A stretch of DNA of 63,518 nucleotides, the filler included, from Octopus bimaculoides (taxonomy: Eukaryota): the NCBI RefSeq assembly GCF_001194135.2. It is 6 parts of 4 records of this genome, joined end to end, with 100 filler letters (N's around TTAATTAATTAA, not from the genome) between each part and the next. Parts side by side here need not be neighbours in the genome. Positions count along the whole stretch, not along the records: positions 26,232 to 45,513 come from NC_068981.1; positions 45,614 to 58,169 come from NC_068981.1; 4 more parts are not named here. One strand, given 5' to 3'. Under the pieces are notes generated by a model. The model saw only the letters and a program-made list of their open reading frames with translations. It ran no database searches and was not told the DNA's origin. Positions 40,456-54,293 of the stretch are shown one piece after another; position 1 is the first letter of the stretch, and the number at the start of each line of letters is the position of its first letter. The position numbers were made by a program, and so were the translations under genes.

Positions 40456-40992
40456 NNNNNNNNNNNNNNNNNNNNNNNNNNNNNNNNNNNNNNNNNNNNN
40501 NNNNNNNNNNNNNNNNNNNNNNNNNNNNNNNNNNNNNNNNNNNNNNNNNNNNNNNNNNNNNNNNNNNNNNNNNNNNNNNNNNNNNNNNNNNNNNNNNNNN
40601 NNNNNNNNNNNNNNNNNNNNNNNNNNNNNNNNNNNNNNNNNNNNNNNNNNNNNNNNNNNNNNNNNNNNNNNNNNNNNNNNNNNNNNNNNNNNNNNNNNNN
40701 NNNNNNNNNNNNNNNNNNNNNNNNNNNNNNNNNNNNNNNNNNNNNNNNNNNNNNNNNNNNNNNNNNNNNNNNNNNNNNNNNNNNNNNNNNNNNNNNNNNN
40801 NNNNNNNNNNNNNNNNNNNNNNGAACAATCCATCAGATTAATGTGAAATTGTTTTAATCACAAAGACACACACAGATATAGAGAAAGAGATATGTGCAGA
40901 TATTCAACTTGATAGGTAGATAGGTAGGTAGGTAGATAGAAAGATAGACAGACAGACAGACAGATATATATATATAGAGAGAGATAGACAGG

Positions 40993-41050
<58 letters not shown>

Positions 41051-41088
41051 TGTAGATAGGTAGATAGATNNNNNNNNNNCAGACAGAC

Positions 41089-41149
<61 letters not shown>

Positions 41150-41175
41150 TGTAGATAGGTAGATAGATAGATTGG

Positions 41176-41215
<40 letters not shown>

Positions 41216-41954
41216 CTGATTGAATGACAGAAAGGTAGAAAGAATCGAAAATCCAAATGGACAATAAAACAGAAGAGTTTATCGAGGGAGTTTAGAGTTT
41301 TCACGATATCCAATGATGAAGAAAGAGTTGGGCTCTTTATGGCGAAGCTAACACGTTCCCGGGAAAAAGGAAAAAAGTAAACTCATCTAAATATAAATGA
41401 AATTGCTTATAAAAGAATTATAAGCCTACACGGAATAATGTAAAATATGAATCATATTTGATCAGACAAAAACCTGCAAGAAGGAGGAGGAGGAAGAAAA
41501 AGAAGAAGAGATACTAAATTAGAAGATGTCTATTTAGATGTGTGATTCATCAAGACTGGACAGCATGACAATATATCTGGAAAAACCTATCATAATTTCC
41601 ACAACTCTTTAATCAAAGTCTTTTGGCTTTCGATAAATAACATTGCTGCAGCAACCTGCCTTTCTTCCTCTTCTTCTATTACGTCAATCATGGACGCAAT
41701 AAACTGTATACAAGACTGTTTTTAATTTATTTCCCAAGTTGTCCCACAGTCGCTGTTTCTGCCTCCTTTTCAGCGAATCCCTTATTGCGTTAATTCGATT
41801 TAATTCAATTTTGTTTGACAGAAAAAGATTCTTCCAGGGCTGAGTTCTGTATTCAGGAAACCAGATGAATTCTTTATAAAAGATTTCTTTCTATACATCC
41901 GTATATATGGATACCTTTGTGCGCATCGTGTTAGTGTATTTATGCATTAAGCAA

Positions 41955-41995
<41 letters not shown>

Positions 41996-42810
41996 CACTT
42001 ACATACATACATACATATATACATACATACATACGTGCATTTAAACATATTTATAATTACATATGGATAACAGATGTTAGACGATTGATACACATATATA
42101 CACATATAGACATACATACATAAATATGAGTATACATATAACCTCACACACATGCACACCCGCACACACACACACACACGTAATAAACGAAGTCTGTGTG
42201 CGTGTATGTATACTTATGTTTATGCGTCTGTGTGTATATGTGCGTGTATTTGTGGGAGTATTTATCTGTTTGTGGGTGTTTGTGTGTGTGAGTGAGTGTA
42301 GCTGAGTGTATGTATAAGAATTAGCTCTATGCCCCCACCCTAGCTCTGTGAGTCAGAATCAATGATGTACACAATATATGGGGAATATGTGAGATAACGA
42401 CATTATTCCCGTTCTGAATATTATTCGGTCGTTGGCCAATCTCGGTGATGTTGTAGACTTAATCTTCTATCATATTTCCACCCACATCAAGAATTCTTAT
42501 AGGAGTATTAAACAGACACCAGGACTTGACTGGAATTTCATTCCATCTTTTCACGAAGCATATGACGCAAAGTTAATTTGAGTAGGAATGGAACAGAGAA
42601 ATTAGAGGTTCGTAACTTCATAAAACTTCTAGTTTGTCTCATTCTGTCAATCCGTCGCTAATTCCTTTTAAAATGTATAAGTACTGCAAGTTTTATTGGC
42701 CTCTTTAGCCAACTATTTTACGTAAATCTCTTTCATAAAAAAATATGAGAATTTGGTCTCTCGCTACTGGTACGTATATTTCATATAGGAACACAGTGCG
42801 TTTTTTTCGG

Positions 42811-42863
<53 letters not shown>

Positions 42864-45248
42864 TCTTATGTAAATCATTTCCTGTTCGTATTAGAGTCGA
42901 CAGGTTCTGTTGGAATCTTGTTTTATGTGATGTTTCCAGTACGACAACTAATCAAATTGGCCATAAGTTTGCTTAATACAATTCGTAACAAATGGTAGCC
43001 ATCATAGAAAAGAAAATTCCATCACAAATGGATGACACAATATGGTTTACGGCGCGATAGCCTGTTGTTTTGGAATGGAACTATCACTGTTGCCAAATTT
43101 CAAAGGGTTTCAAGGTAGAACATAATATCGTACGATCTGCCGTACATGCCTCTACGTTCATAGATTATTTTATTTTTTGTAGTGTTTTGCTTGCTTCGGA
43201 TTGGGACTGAACCCGGAACCATGTGATTGGGAAGCAAGCTTCTTACAACACAGCCACTCCTGCGCCTGTGTATATTTTTTTATTTCAGAGAGGAATTTAA
43301 ATACAACTTCAGCAAGTGTTCGAGATTCTGTGAGAGTTGAGTGTAAAACAAGAGACGATAAATCAGGATTTATTGTAAATTGGTTTAGATAATTCTGGAT
43401 GTAAATTCAATATGGTGCACCAATAATCTCTTATTGTTCAGAGGGCACTGGAATTGACGAAATAAAATTCCTGCATCAAAAACATCATGATGATTCACTG
43501 GGGCCTTTGGAATGGTGAAACGAAGATTAATCAAATATGTAAGAGTGCCGATAGAATAGCAACAGAGCTACATTATAGCTATCAATGTCCCATCATTATG
43601 TCCTAATTGGTGTCCCCATTACTAAGGATAATCCACGGATAATCCACGGATAATTCACTGTTTTCTGGTTTTAAATTTGTTTCGTATTTCCTCCCGTTCA
43701 TATTTTTTTGTCTGTGGTATTCTGGTCTGATACATTTTGCTCATCATTATACATTCCTACGGTGTCGGTTTGTTGTCGTTCGTTGTTCACTTAGCTTTTG
43801 TTGGAAATATTACGTCTGTCTTCTTGTTTTACAGTTCCAGTGCTTATGATATTATTCGGTACTGCTTTTTTTTACTATCTACAATTTCCGAATGAATTTA
43901 AGTGTTCTATTTCTATTTCTGATATTTGTTTTTGATTTGAGAATCTATCTTCGTATGTTGGCTAGTTTATTAGGGTTCATTGCTGTATCCAAATCTTTAT
44001 CTAGGTTATTTTTCTTCCAGATTTTATATGTATATATTGTTGTGTTTTCGTTCTCTGGGTAGAGCAAGGCAATGCTGTAAAATAAGAGTGAAAGATTGAA
44101 ATATATTTCTCACGTGTCCATTTATGCTTTTTTGATTTTATTGCGGGACAAAGGAAATAATGTCTGCTCTTTATTTTGATGCTCGTCATTTTCGTAGGGG
44201 ACGTTCATTTCTCGTGTTAAATAGCTTTGCACATGTAGTGTTTCGTACTTTTTGTGTAACAAGTTTAAAGTACGTACTTCTCGTTTGTTATCCTTTCGTT
44301 GAAGAATGTAGGTATGATTTAGTCTATTTTTATTTTTGTACATGTTCGTTTGGGACGGAGAGGGTCTGATGTGATTTGATCATGATGTGGCGAGCGGGTT
44401 TACACGTGTTGTACGAGGGGTGAAGATGACACACAGTTAAAATACGTTATTTCATTTGGAAAATAGACATAAATTTTTATGAGTATTACATACTCGGATA
44501 TAGTCCGGCACTTTTAATGAGTATTACTTACTCGGATATTGTCTAACACCTTGTCAGTAATATTAGGGTCCATTTGTTGTCTTGATTCCCGATGTTTTTG
44601 GATAGATTTCAGAGAGTATTTTATCACTCTCATGTTAAATGTCATCAGTCTTCTCTGTTAAACGTCCCCTGTTATTATTATTACTGTTGTTGTTTTTGTT
44701 GTTGAGTGAGATAGCAATGGATGCCATCAAAGTGACGCTGGTGCACAAACATACGAAGCCCAATATGCCCATGATGACTACTCGTCTGATAAGGGTACAC
44801 CAGGCACATGCATCACAACAATATGTCCGCGACATGGTGATCTCATATCAAGATAAACAGCGCATGACCTTGCAGGTGGGGCCCAGTCAGAATTTTCTTC
44901 GGGTCGAGTAGCCCATCCCGCTCAAAAGGTCCCCGAATAAGGATTGTTTGAGGATGACAAACAAAACACCCATGTTTCTAGAGGTGAATTATTCAAGACT
45001 CAAAGAATTCCTCTCAACAAATGGCTATGTTGCTTCCACCGCACTATTCCTGCTCTTGATCAGAGATGTACATATCATCAGCCAATAACGGAAGACTTCT
45101 TCTGGTTCATGTTGTTGTTGTTGCTATGTCTATTTCACAAGGAACTACTATGTAAAATAGGTATTTCGCCTTGGTTTTTATATATATTTCTATATATATA
45201 TTTATATATATTATAATGGAATAATTACTATGAAGCATTGTGTAGAAA

Positions 45249-45494
45249 ATATTGTATAAAGAATCGTGGGTAAGGCCAAAACAATGTGAAGTAAATGCAA
45301 AGTTAATCACAAGAAAAAATATGTGAATTAATATAGACTTACCTTGTATTCAATATTTCGGGATCGCGACCCAATTTTCAAGAAATATTGAACACAAGGT
45401 AAGTCTATATTAATTCACATATTTGTTTTCTTGTGATTTACCATGCATTTACTTTGCATTGTTCTGGCCTTACCCACGATCCTTTATACAATAT
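45249..45494. mobile_element. Fold-back element with ~110-bp arms
   Basis: 45249-45359 is an imperfect reverse complement of 45382-45494, with a ~22-nt loop. Confidence 0.85.
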
Positions 45495-45513
45495 ATATAT
45501 ATATATATATATA

Positions 45514-45613
45514 NNNNNNNNNNNNNNNNNNNNNNNNNNNNNNNNNNNNNNNNNNNNTTAATTAATTAANNNNNNNNNNNNNNNNNNNNNNNNNNNNNNN
45601 NNNNNNNNNNNNN
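45514..45613. other. Artificial assembly spacer
   Basis: 44 N + TTAATTAATTAA (45558-45569) + 44 N. Confidence 0.95.
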
Positions 45614-45740
45614 GCTATATCAGGTGGAGGAGAAGAGCCATGCAAGGAACGTGAAGAGAGCACAGCATAAAGACGGAAAATCACGGTGGTGCTCCAGCAT
45701 GACCGCAGCCACTTGGCTGAAACCCATAAATAAATAAATA

Positions 45741-45785
<45 letters not shown>

Positions 45786-45869
45786 TCACCACAAATGTAT
45801 GATATTGATTTAAGACAACGACGATAAAAATAATGAAGCTAATGACTGCACAGCAAAGAAAATTTAAAG

Positions 45870-46594
45870 CTCTTCAAGCGACGCCTCTTTTTCAGGTGCT
45901 TTAGGGGTTCTCGTATCTTCGTGCAAGGCTTTCTTGGTGGGCTTGAGGAACATTGCGATGGGAAGTTGCTGTCATTGTTTTTTCATGGTGGTGAGGAGAG
46001 TTATACATGTCTGCTTGGAAGAATCGATGGCATTTTTGAATTGAAGAGATCGAACCATATATGTATCCCCTGCATCCGCTTTCCTTTGCAATTCCTTTGC
46101 TGTCCTTAAAAGGTCGGACAGATGTTCGATTGCTAGGTCCAGCTCATCCTCCTCTTCCTCTAGATCTGGCGCCTCCTCCTCCCTGGCAGACTTCGTTAAC
46201 TCCAACAAATCTTCGTCTGTCAGGGTTTCAGAGTAGCCATCGATGAGGTCGTTGACCTCACCTTGCGTGATGTCATCAAAAACTTCGTCACCAGGTACCT
46301 TTGCCAGTTTCACCGCATTCTGGACAGCCTCTTGCTGAATATCTTCAGGTGAGAAGCCCTCGCAGTCCTGGACACTCTATGGCCACACCTTCCAGCATGC
46401 GATGACGGTTTCATTTTCATGTCTTTAAGAGCAGCGTGGATGACTTACAGGCATGTTGCGATCGTGAAGTTAAGCCAGTACTCCTTTACGTTGAAATTCT
46501 CGTCCGAATCCATTGCGTCCACATGGTGTTGGAGAGAGTTCCGAGTGTAAAGTGCCTTGAAGGCACGAATAACGCCTTAATCCATAGTCTGGAT
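45870..46594 (-). mobile_element. Tigger/pogo (TIGD1-like) transposase C-terminal remnant
   Basis: IQTMD*GVIRAFKALYTR (compare LIQPMDQGVI), ...ETVIACWK, then ORF 45972..46313 with ...SETLTDEDLLEL... and an acidic tail. Contains stops and frameshifts. Confidence 0.85.
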
Positions 46595-46772
46595 GATGTT
46601 GCACGCACAACAGCTGGCCAAGAAAGATAGATCAGGCTTGGCCGAGCGCTGGTCACGTGGGAAGAGAAGAGAGAGAGAGAGGTAGAGGCAGAGGGACTTG
46701 TCCTTCTGCTTCTACCTCTCTCTCTTCAAGCCTGATTTTTCTTTCTTGGCCAGCCGTTGTGCGTGCAACATC
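46595..46772. mobile_element. ~180-bp fold-back (hairpin) element
   Basis: Outer arms GATGTTGCACGCACAACAGCTGGCCAAGAAAG and CTTTCTTGGCCAGCCGTTGTGCGTGCAACATC; pairing continues inward to a centre near 46698. Confidence 0.8.
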
Positions 46773-47118
46773 GATATTCCTTCATGTGCCTGTGAAATCT
46801 TGTATCCCTGCCGTAAGTCTTTGTTTCCACACACGCCAGCTTAATTGAATTCGTCCTTAGTCGAAAGACACCTGCTGTTATGTCCTGCTATTATTTTAAA
46901 TGTATTTGTGTACCATTGTTCGTTTTTTTTTACCGTCCTTGGTTTTGTATACATTCGCTGCTTTCTTCCAAGGAATCTAATGCTCTTAGCTTAGTTTTTC
47001 CTTGGGGCTGGCCAGATTGGAGAAATCTCGAGTATAACCAGCTGAAATTGCAAAGATAATCTGGTACTCGACTGAGGAAAGAAAACTCCGAATGACCTGT
47101 CCTTGTTTNNNNNNNNNN

Positions 47119-47151
<33 letters not shown>

Positions 47152-48071
47152 CTTTGTGATAAAACTCAGCAATTAGGCAAAAGGACTATAAAAGATATTG
47201 GAAAATTAAAATGTATGCGGTAGAACAGAATCCTTATTGTAGAAATGTCTTAATTTTCGTTCAAAGTCGAAGTGAATTGTAGCACGAAAATTACGATTAG
47301 ATTGATAAATCCCACGAAAATTGATACTTGAAAAATTAACAAGTGTATGATAAGGTAATTCCTAAAATAATGGAGGCACTTGAAGCTATGTAATGCTTTT
47401 CCCATATATCATCATAATATTAGTAAATCGTAAAAATTTGATATTAGAAATACTCTGCTGCTTATTCTAAGAACATTATTTTGTCGAATCAACAGCTAAC
47501 ATTAAACATTTAGACATCGGTAAACTTTTTATAACACAAAGCTGTATAAAACACCTAGACCACTTGTACATAAAAAAAAAATCGTTAAATTCTCTATTTA
47601 ATTTTAGCATCGGTCCCAAACACTCAGCAGAAATTAGTAATATTAAAGGTTTGTTTTCATCGATTAAAATAAAATGTTCTCACATAGGAGCTCGATTATG
47701 GGCAGAAGTACAGTATTTGCATAACGGTAATCCACAAACGAATGACAGGATCCATCTTTTTCTTTAGAACGATTCAGGGATCTATTTTAAAACGGGGGCC
47801 ACATTTTTCATTAATGTTTTACGTAGTGTTTTTGGTACGGAAAGACTTTCAAACTTCGTATACTTATCTATTTTGTGTTATAGAACAGAAAAATATTTTT
47901 GTATTCGAATTTATTTCATGTAAAAAATTGTCTTATTTCGATAATTTCAACCAATCACTGACAAGTATTCAGTTGTTTACAGTTACTCCTTTGGCTGATT
48001 AAGCGATGTAAAGCGTATTTAATCTCCATACCTTCGTTTTATTTGCTTTTTTCATTTTAAATTTGCTTTAG

Positions 48072-48088
48072 CCCTAACCCTAACCCTA
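48072..48088. repeat. (CCCTAA)n telomere-like repeat running into a 944-N gap
   Basis: CCCTAACCCTAACCCTA immediately before the gap; only about 3 units are visible. Confidence 0.45.
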
Positions 48089-49713
48089 NNNNNNNNNNNN
48101 NNNNNNNNNNNNNNNNNNNNNNNNNNNNNNNNNNNNNNNNNNNNNNNNNNNNNNNNNNNNNNNNNNNNNNNNNNNNNNNNNNNNNNNNNNNNNNNNNNNN
48201 NNNNNNNNNNNNNNNNNNNNNNNNNNNNNNNNNNNNNNNNNNNNNNNNNNNNNNNNNNNNNNNNNNNNNNNNNNNNNNNNNNNNNNNNNNNNNNNNNNNN
48301 NNNNNNNNNNNNNNNNNNNNNNNNNNNNNNNNNNNNNNNNNNNNNNNNNNNNNNNNNNNNNNNNNNNNNNNNNNNNNNNNNNNNNNNNNNNNNNNNNNNN
48401 NNNNNNNNNNNNNNNNNNNNNNNNNNNNNNNNNNNNNNNNNNNNNNNNNNNNNNNNNNNNNNNNNNNNNNNNNNNNNNNNNNNNNNNNNNNNNNNNNNNN
48501 NNNNNNNNNNNNNNNNNNNNNNNNNNNNNNNNNNNNNNNNNNNNNNNNNNNNNNNNNNNNNNNNNNNNNNNNNNNNNNNNNNNNNNNNNNNNNNNNNNNN
48601 NNNNNNNNNNNNNNNNNNNNNNNNNNNNNNNNNNNNNNNNNNNNNNNNNNNNNNNNNNNNNNNNNNNNNNNNNNNNNNNNNNNNNNNNNNNNNNNNNNNN
48701 NNNNNNNNNNNNNNNNNNNNNNNNNNNNNNNNNNNNNNNNNNNNNNNNNNNNNNNNNNNNNNNNNNNNNNNNNNNNNNNNNNNNNNNNNNNNNNNNNNNN
48801 NNNNNNNNNNNNNNNNNNNNNNNNNNNNNNNNNNNNNNNNNNNNNNNNNNNNNNNNNNNNNNNNNNNNNNNNNNNNNNNNNNNNNNNNNNNNNNNNNNNN
48901 NNNNNNNNNNNNNNNNNNNNNNNNNNNNNNNNNNNNNNNNNNNNNNNNNNNNNNNNNNNNNNNNNNNNNNNNNNNNNNNNNNNNNNNNNNNNNNNNNNNN
49001 NNNNNNNNNNNNNNNNNNNNNNNNNNNNNNNNATATATATATATATATATATATATAGGCATGAGTACGTGCCTGTATGTGTGTTTATATATGTTTGTGT
49101 GTGTGTGTTTTCCACCGAGGGAGTTCATTCGTATTGGAGAGGTTGTGCTTGGTTAGGATGAAGTCAACCTTTATTGTGCAGTGGAATAAATCTGCCACGT
49201 AACCGTGTCCTATATGTGACCAACAACCATTGGTTGTTTATATTCAGAAATGGGGGAGAACATCTTTACCAAATAGACCGCACTTTTTATATCCCTAGTT
49301 AAGGTTGAAATCTAATATTTTCATATCATTATCAACAGGAGCAGTAATCTGGCAGAAGCGTTAGAGTTTCGAAATAAATTCTGTGCAGTATATATTCCAA
49401 CGCTTAAGCAAATTTCGCCGAGGTCAAATTTGCTTTTCATTCCTCTGGATTCTATATAGTGCAGGGCCAGTCAAGTATTGGGTTGAATGCAATCGATTAG
49501 CTCCTGTACACACAAAACAGCGGCCTTGTGCTTAAACAAGAAACCATTCTTAAAATAGTATTTGAAGTGGTACTCAGCAGAATCGTCAAAGCTTCGGAGA
49601 AAATGAAAATGACTCGCTGTATTTTGTCACTTTTATTTTTTCAGGCGTTAAGTTTAAATTACATCAAGGTCAACATTGCATTCCTCCTCCTTCTCCTCCT
49701 CCTCCTCCTCCTC

Positions 49714-49750
<37 letters not shown>

Positions 49751-51848
49751 TCATCATCATCTTCAACCTCCTGAACATTACTGTCTCGATCCTAGGATTC
49801 ATAAACCCGATTTCCAGGTGTCCATGGCATCCGTAGCGGGGCTACTAAATTACAGCTGAGTGGGCTAGAACAACGTGAAATAAAATGTTTTGCTGAAGAA
49901 CACAACACACCGGGGTCAATACAATAAGGTATCAACCAATTACTGAGTAGATATAATAGATTAACTCCCCTCGAAATTGCTGGCCTTGCGTCTAAATTAA
50001 ATACAATATTTTTTTTGTATAAATTATCTGATATGTAATTTTTCTTCCTGTTTTAAATAAGCGGAATATTCAATTATTGAACAGATTTAATACTTTAATG
50101 TTCATTGTAAAGCATAGGGTATAGGCTCGATTCCAGCTAAAGTTTAGTCTTCTGTATTGTATAGTCAACTTTTTTCCTTCTTCCATCATCTGTGTTTATT
50201 TTCAATGTAAAACAGAATGTAAGGGTTCGAATTTTTTAAATTTCCGTGTTTTCTATTGTTTCTGTTTCCCCTCATCCGTAGAGGTACGTTTAGACATCTT
50301 TATATTTTGTATATACCGCTCTTGGAAATTAAGTTTATGTTACTAATGAATTATTGACAAAGTAAGACTTTCAACATTATGTTTAAACTTACCAAGGCAT
50401 GTAGGACTGCAAAAGTGTCGAACTAGATGTTTTGTGGTAATTTGTTCCTGTCCTTTTTATTTTGTGTACATGGCCGATTTATACGGCACACTTAAAATCT
50501 GACACTCGGTTTAAGACAACTTTGGTTGTTTTTAGAGGAATCCACTATGTCGCAAGAATTCGATCCAGCTTCCAGTTTGACGATATCTTTCTACTAGGAT
50601 CAGAATCTCTGTAACAGGTTATGGGTACTGCTTTATCGAGTGATTTTAAAATAATAAAGCACACAGAGCGATACAGTAGAAATGGAATGAAACATAAGAG
50701 CGAACAGAAATTTCTGTATCTATCATGCTCGCCGCAATCAGTAATATTCAAATCTTTTTCACCGAAGAAATTCATTCAAACTGCTAAGGGTTTAATTTAG
50801 GAAATATTGATGAAATCAACCCCTTTTGAGCACTGAAATTAATCTATTGCAACACAAGGTCCTATATCTGCCCAACATCCAAAGGCTGTTTGCAGTCAGA
50901 TATGGTAACCAAATTCTACGATTTAAAAAAAAAACCTTCTATACAATAGGATAAGTAGATCTCAAACACGAGATAGAGTTTACTTTAACTTACTGTTTTG
51001 TAAGCTGTAGAATACTTAGATGTTTTTGGTGCGATTCGAGGTTGACGAGAGGATAGAAGTAATTAGATTTTTTCTTTGATTAAAGATTCATAAGGGTGCG
51101 TTAACTCCGGTCTTGCAAGCTCTCGAGATTAAGAATAACTAATTCATTTTTATAGAAAAAGAACTATGACAAACAAAGACATTTACATAATTAAGCAAGG
51201 TTGATGGCTGATGATTAATAGTTTTTTCACTACACAGCTTGCGTCTCCGCGCGCTCGCGCACACACAAACACATCTTATCTTTTACTTATTTCAGACATT
51301 AAACTGCGGCCATGCAGGATCAGTGTTCTGAAATAGTTTTAGTCAAATGAATCAACTCCAGTATTCATTTTATAAGTCTGGCATTTATTCTAACGGTCTC
51401 TTTCACCAAACAGCTAAGTTACGAATACATAAACACACCAACACCAATTGTCAAGCGGTGGTGGAGGAGAGACAGATAGACACACACGCACACACGCACA
51501 CACACAAACACACACGTATATATACGACGGGTTTCTTTCAGTTTCTCTCTCCTTATAGCTACTCACAAGGTTTTGACTGACCCAATTCAATATTAGGAGA
51601 TACTTGCCCAAACGTGTCACGCAGTGGGACTGAACCCAGATCTATGTGGTTGGGAAGCAAATGTCTTAGCACCCAGCCACACCTGCGCCCAAAACGTCAC
51701 ACCATATGTATAATATATAAATATATACATATATATATCTATATACACATATGAATATATTTATACACACATATGCACACACACACACACAGACACATAT
51801 ATATATGAAGATACCTATACACATATCTATACACTACACACACATACA

Positions 51849-51915
<67 letters not shown>

Positions 51916-51965
51916 NNNNNNNNNNNNNNNNNNNNNNNNNNNNNNNNNNNNNNNNNNNNNNNNNN

Positions 51966-52009
<44 letters not shown>

Positions 52010-52175
52010 AAAATAGTACTCGAATATTGGAGGTAAAGTAATATGCTTTATTAGTAGAGTGTATAAGAATGTGAAAGACGGCATGGTGCTCTCCTTGTCC
52101 ATCTTTTGACCTATTCTCGTTATTAACATCATGCACTTCATGACGTTATTGGCATAACACCTTTCATCTTTCGTT

Positions 52176-52225
<50 letters not shown>

Positions 52226-53136
52226 GCTTATTTTTCGTCTTTATCTGCTTCTTCCTCACTTCGTTCCTCTCCTCCAGGCTCTTAATACGGGAGGGCCTGA
52301 TGGGATATCGGATTACTGTTCGTAGGTTTTCTGTTTCAATTTACCAGCGGCTGTTTCACTGTATCTTCAGTTTGTCTGGCTGTCAGAAACAGGTGCGATG
52401 CACTGGTGTCATTTCCTTCTAGCCAGAATGGTATTTAATGATTTCTGATTTAGATTTCCGTTCTGACACTGAAGCAAACCACCGCGTTTTTAATTAATGC
52501 ATTTTTTAAAGGTTTATAAACTTTATGGATATTTTTCATGTTTATTTTTCTGAAATTCAGCCGGGAGCAATAAATAATTTCATCAAAAAAGATAGTTCTC
52601 TTTGCGTACTCTCATGAAACAATCCATAATTTGAAGAGAGTCGGAGGCGCTTTAATACACATATAATTTATGCTGAGGGGTGCCTGGATGTAGTCAACGA
52701 AGGGCCTCTATATGTGGTCATTTGATTTGCTAGAAACAGCAGCCAATTTGCCCTAAATTTACACTGCCTTGTTTTTACTTCTTTGTTTAGAATTAGCATA
52801 TGTGATAATAGCTGAATAAAAAAAATTGAAAAAAACTCCCAATAAAACAAAGACCATGGTTGATAGGGGAATTAAAGCAGGGTTAAAAAAGAACAACAAC
52901 AATACTGAATGTCAGACGCATCAGATATCTTGTTAAGTTGTTGTCGTCGTCACTCTTCCTGTCAGTGAAGCAGTCATACTTTTCTCCTTCTACCTTTTCT
53001 TCGTCTGTCTTTCTTCTCCCCTTCTTATTACCATGGTTCACAGTTTTTATTTAAATAATTATGGATATAAGTGTGAAACGAAAGGACTCTAAATATAATA
53101 CAAATACAAATAAAATTATACAAGTAAAATACTTAC

Positions 53137-53246
53137 TAATTATAAAGTTTAAAGTCAGGTTTCCATACTTTATCTTGGTGGATTCGTACGTTCGTCACAC
53201 CGCCATATTGCGCTGGATCCCAAACAAGAAACTCATCTTTCCAAGC
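53137..53246 (-). CDS. nAChR-like subunit, next coding exon (MIR-like loop and loop A), 110 nt, phase 0 to 2
   Basis: Hand translation gives AWKDEFLVWDPAQYGGVTNVRIHQDKVWKPDFKLYN+TA, matching the nAChR pattern W-x-D-x-x-L-x-W-x-P-x-x-YGG...W-x-PD-x-x-LYN. The acceptor is ctattacag (AG at 53248-53247) and the donor is GTAAGT (53136-53131). It joins the 194-nt exon in frame across a 1047-nt intron. Length and phases equal CHRNA7 exon 4. Confidence 0.95.
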
Positions 53247-53558
53247 CTGTAATAGATTTATACATTATATATACTTATCATTCAGTTGATAATAATATAT
53301 TTAGAATTTCCTATGCAAAAGCTTTCAATGCAAATTACCATTTCCCTTAATAAAGGAAAAAATAGTTGTGTGTCGAATATATGAGTTCGACAGAACGAAA
53401 GATAACAGAGTTTGCTATGAATGATTAAAATGAATACATATTTATTCTCGTTCGTTAGTTGCTCTTTGAGTATGTTGTTAAATAATAGTTATATTACTAG
53501 CCCTTTGTGTGTGGTGTGTATATATATACATCCACACAAACACACACACACACACACA

Positions 53559-53622
<64 letters not shown>

Positions 53623-53789
53623 TGTTGGGTTATCTCATAAATAATGCGTTTTTTTTCAATTGCATGAACTAAATGTCGGAGGGAGACGGGATAAACTACC
53701 TGCATCAACTTGCTATAAAAGCAGATAGTAATTGTACCTTGTGCTTATTCTGAGTGCATGTTTCGAAGAGTAATTATTTCAAAGCTATA

Positions 53790-54133
53790 ATGTAAATTAC
53801 AAAGGAGCATATTCGGCATATTTTAGTTTATGAGTTCGATAAAGGCAACAACGCACCGGAAAGTGTGAGGAATATTTATGCAGTATATGGGGGTCGGACA
53901 ATAAGCGTAAGCTAGTGTCAACGGTGGTTGCAGAAATTCTGAACCGGAAACTACGGTCTAGAAGACGAGCCTCATCCTGGAAGATCTCTAGAGCTCGAAC
54001 AAAATCTCATCGTAACTGTTGAGGAACTAGAAGAGAAGCTGATAGGTGCTGTCCTTCCTACCCACCGATGAAATCATCAAATAAATATGACATCTGAAGT
54101 ATTCTTAACTTTATATTTAAGCGGCCAATATTA
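53790..54133 (+). mobile_element. Mariner transposase N-terminal (HTH) remnant inside the nAChR intron
   Basis: KEHIRHILVYEFDKGNNAPESVRNIYAVYGGRTISVS*CQRWLQKF*TGNYGLEDEPHPGRS. Confidence 0.8.
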
Positions 54134-54293
54134 CTCGCGCAAAATGCTAAAAATTACTAAAAAGATGTCTCTTTTTGTAATTTCTTCAGTGTTTCCACAT
54201 TTATAAGACACTAGACATAGATTACACTTGGAAATAATAAGATAAAAAGTGACGTGTAGAAAAAAATCGTAATATCGTAAACTGTGAACTTAC

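Noticed and set aside
41590-41718. SCIQFIASMIDVIEEEEERQVAAAM resembling the nAChR MA helix
   Set aside because: There is no W-x-x-x-A-x-V-x-DR or M4 after it, stops lie close on both sides, and the splice sites are weak.
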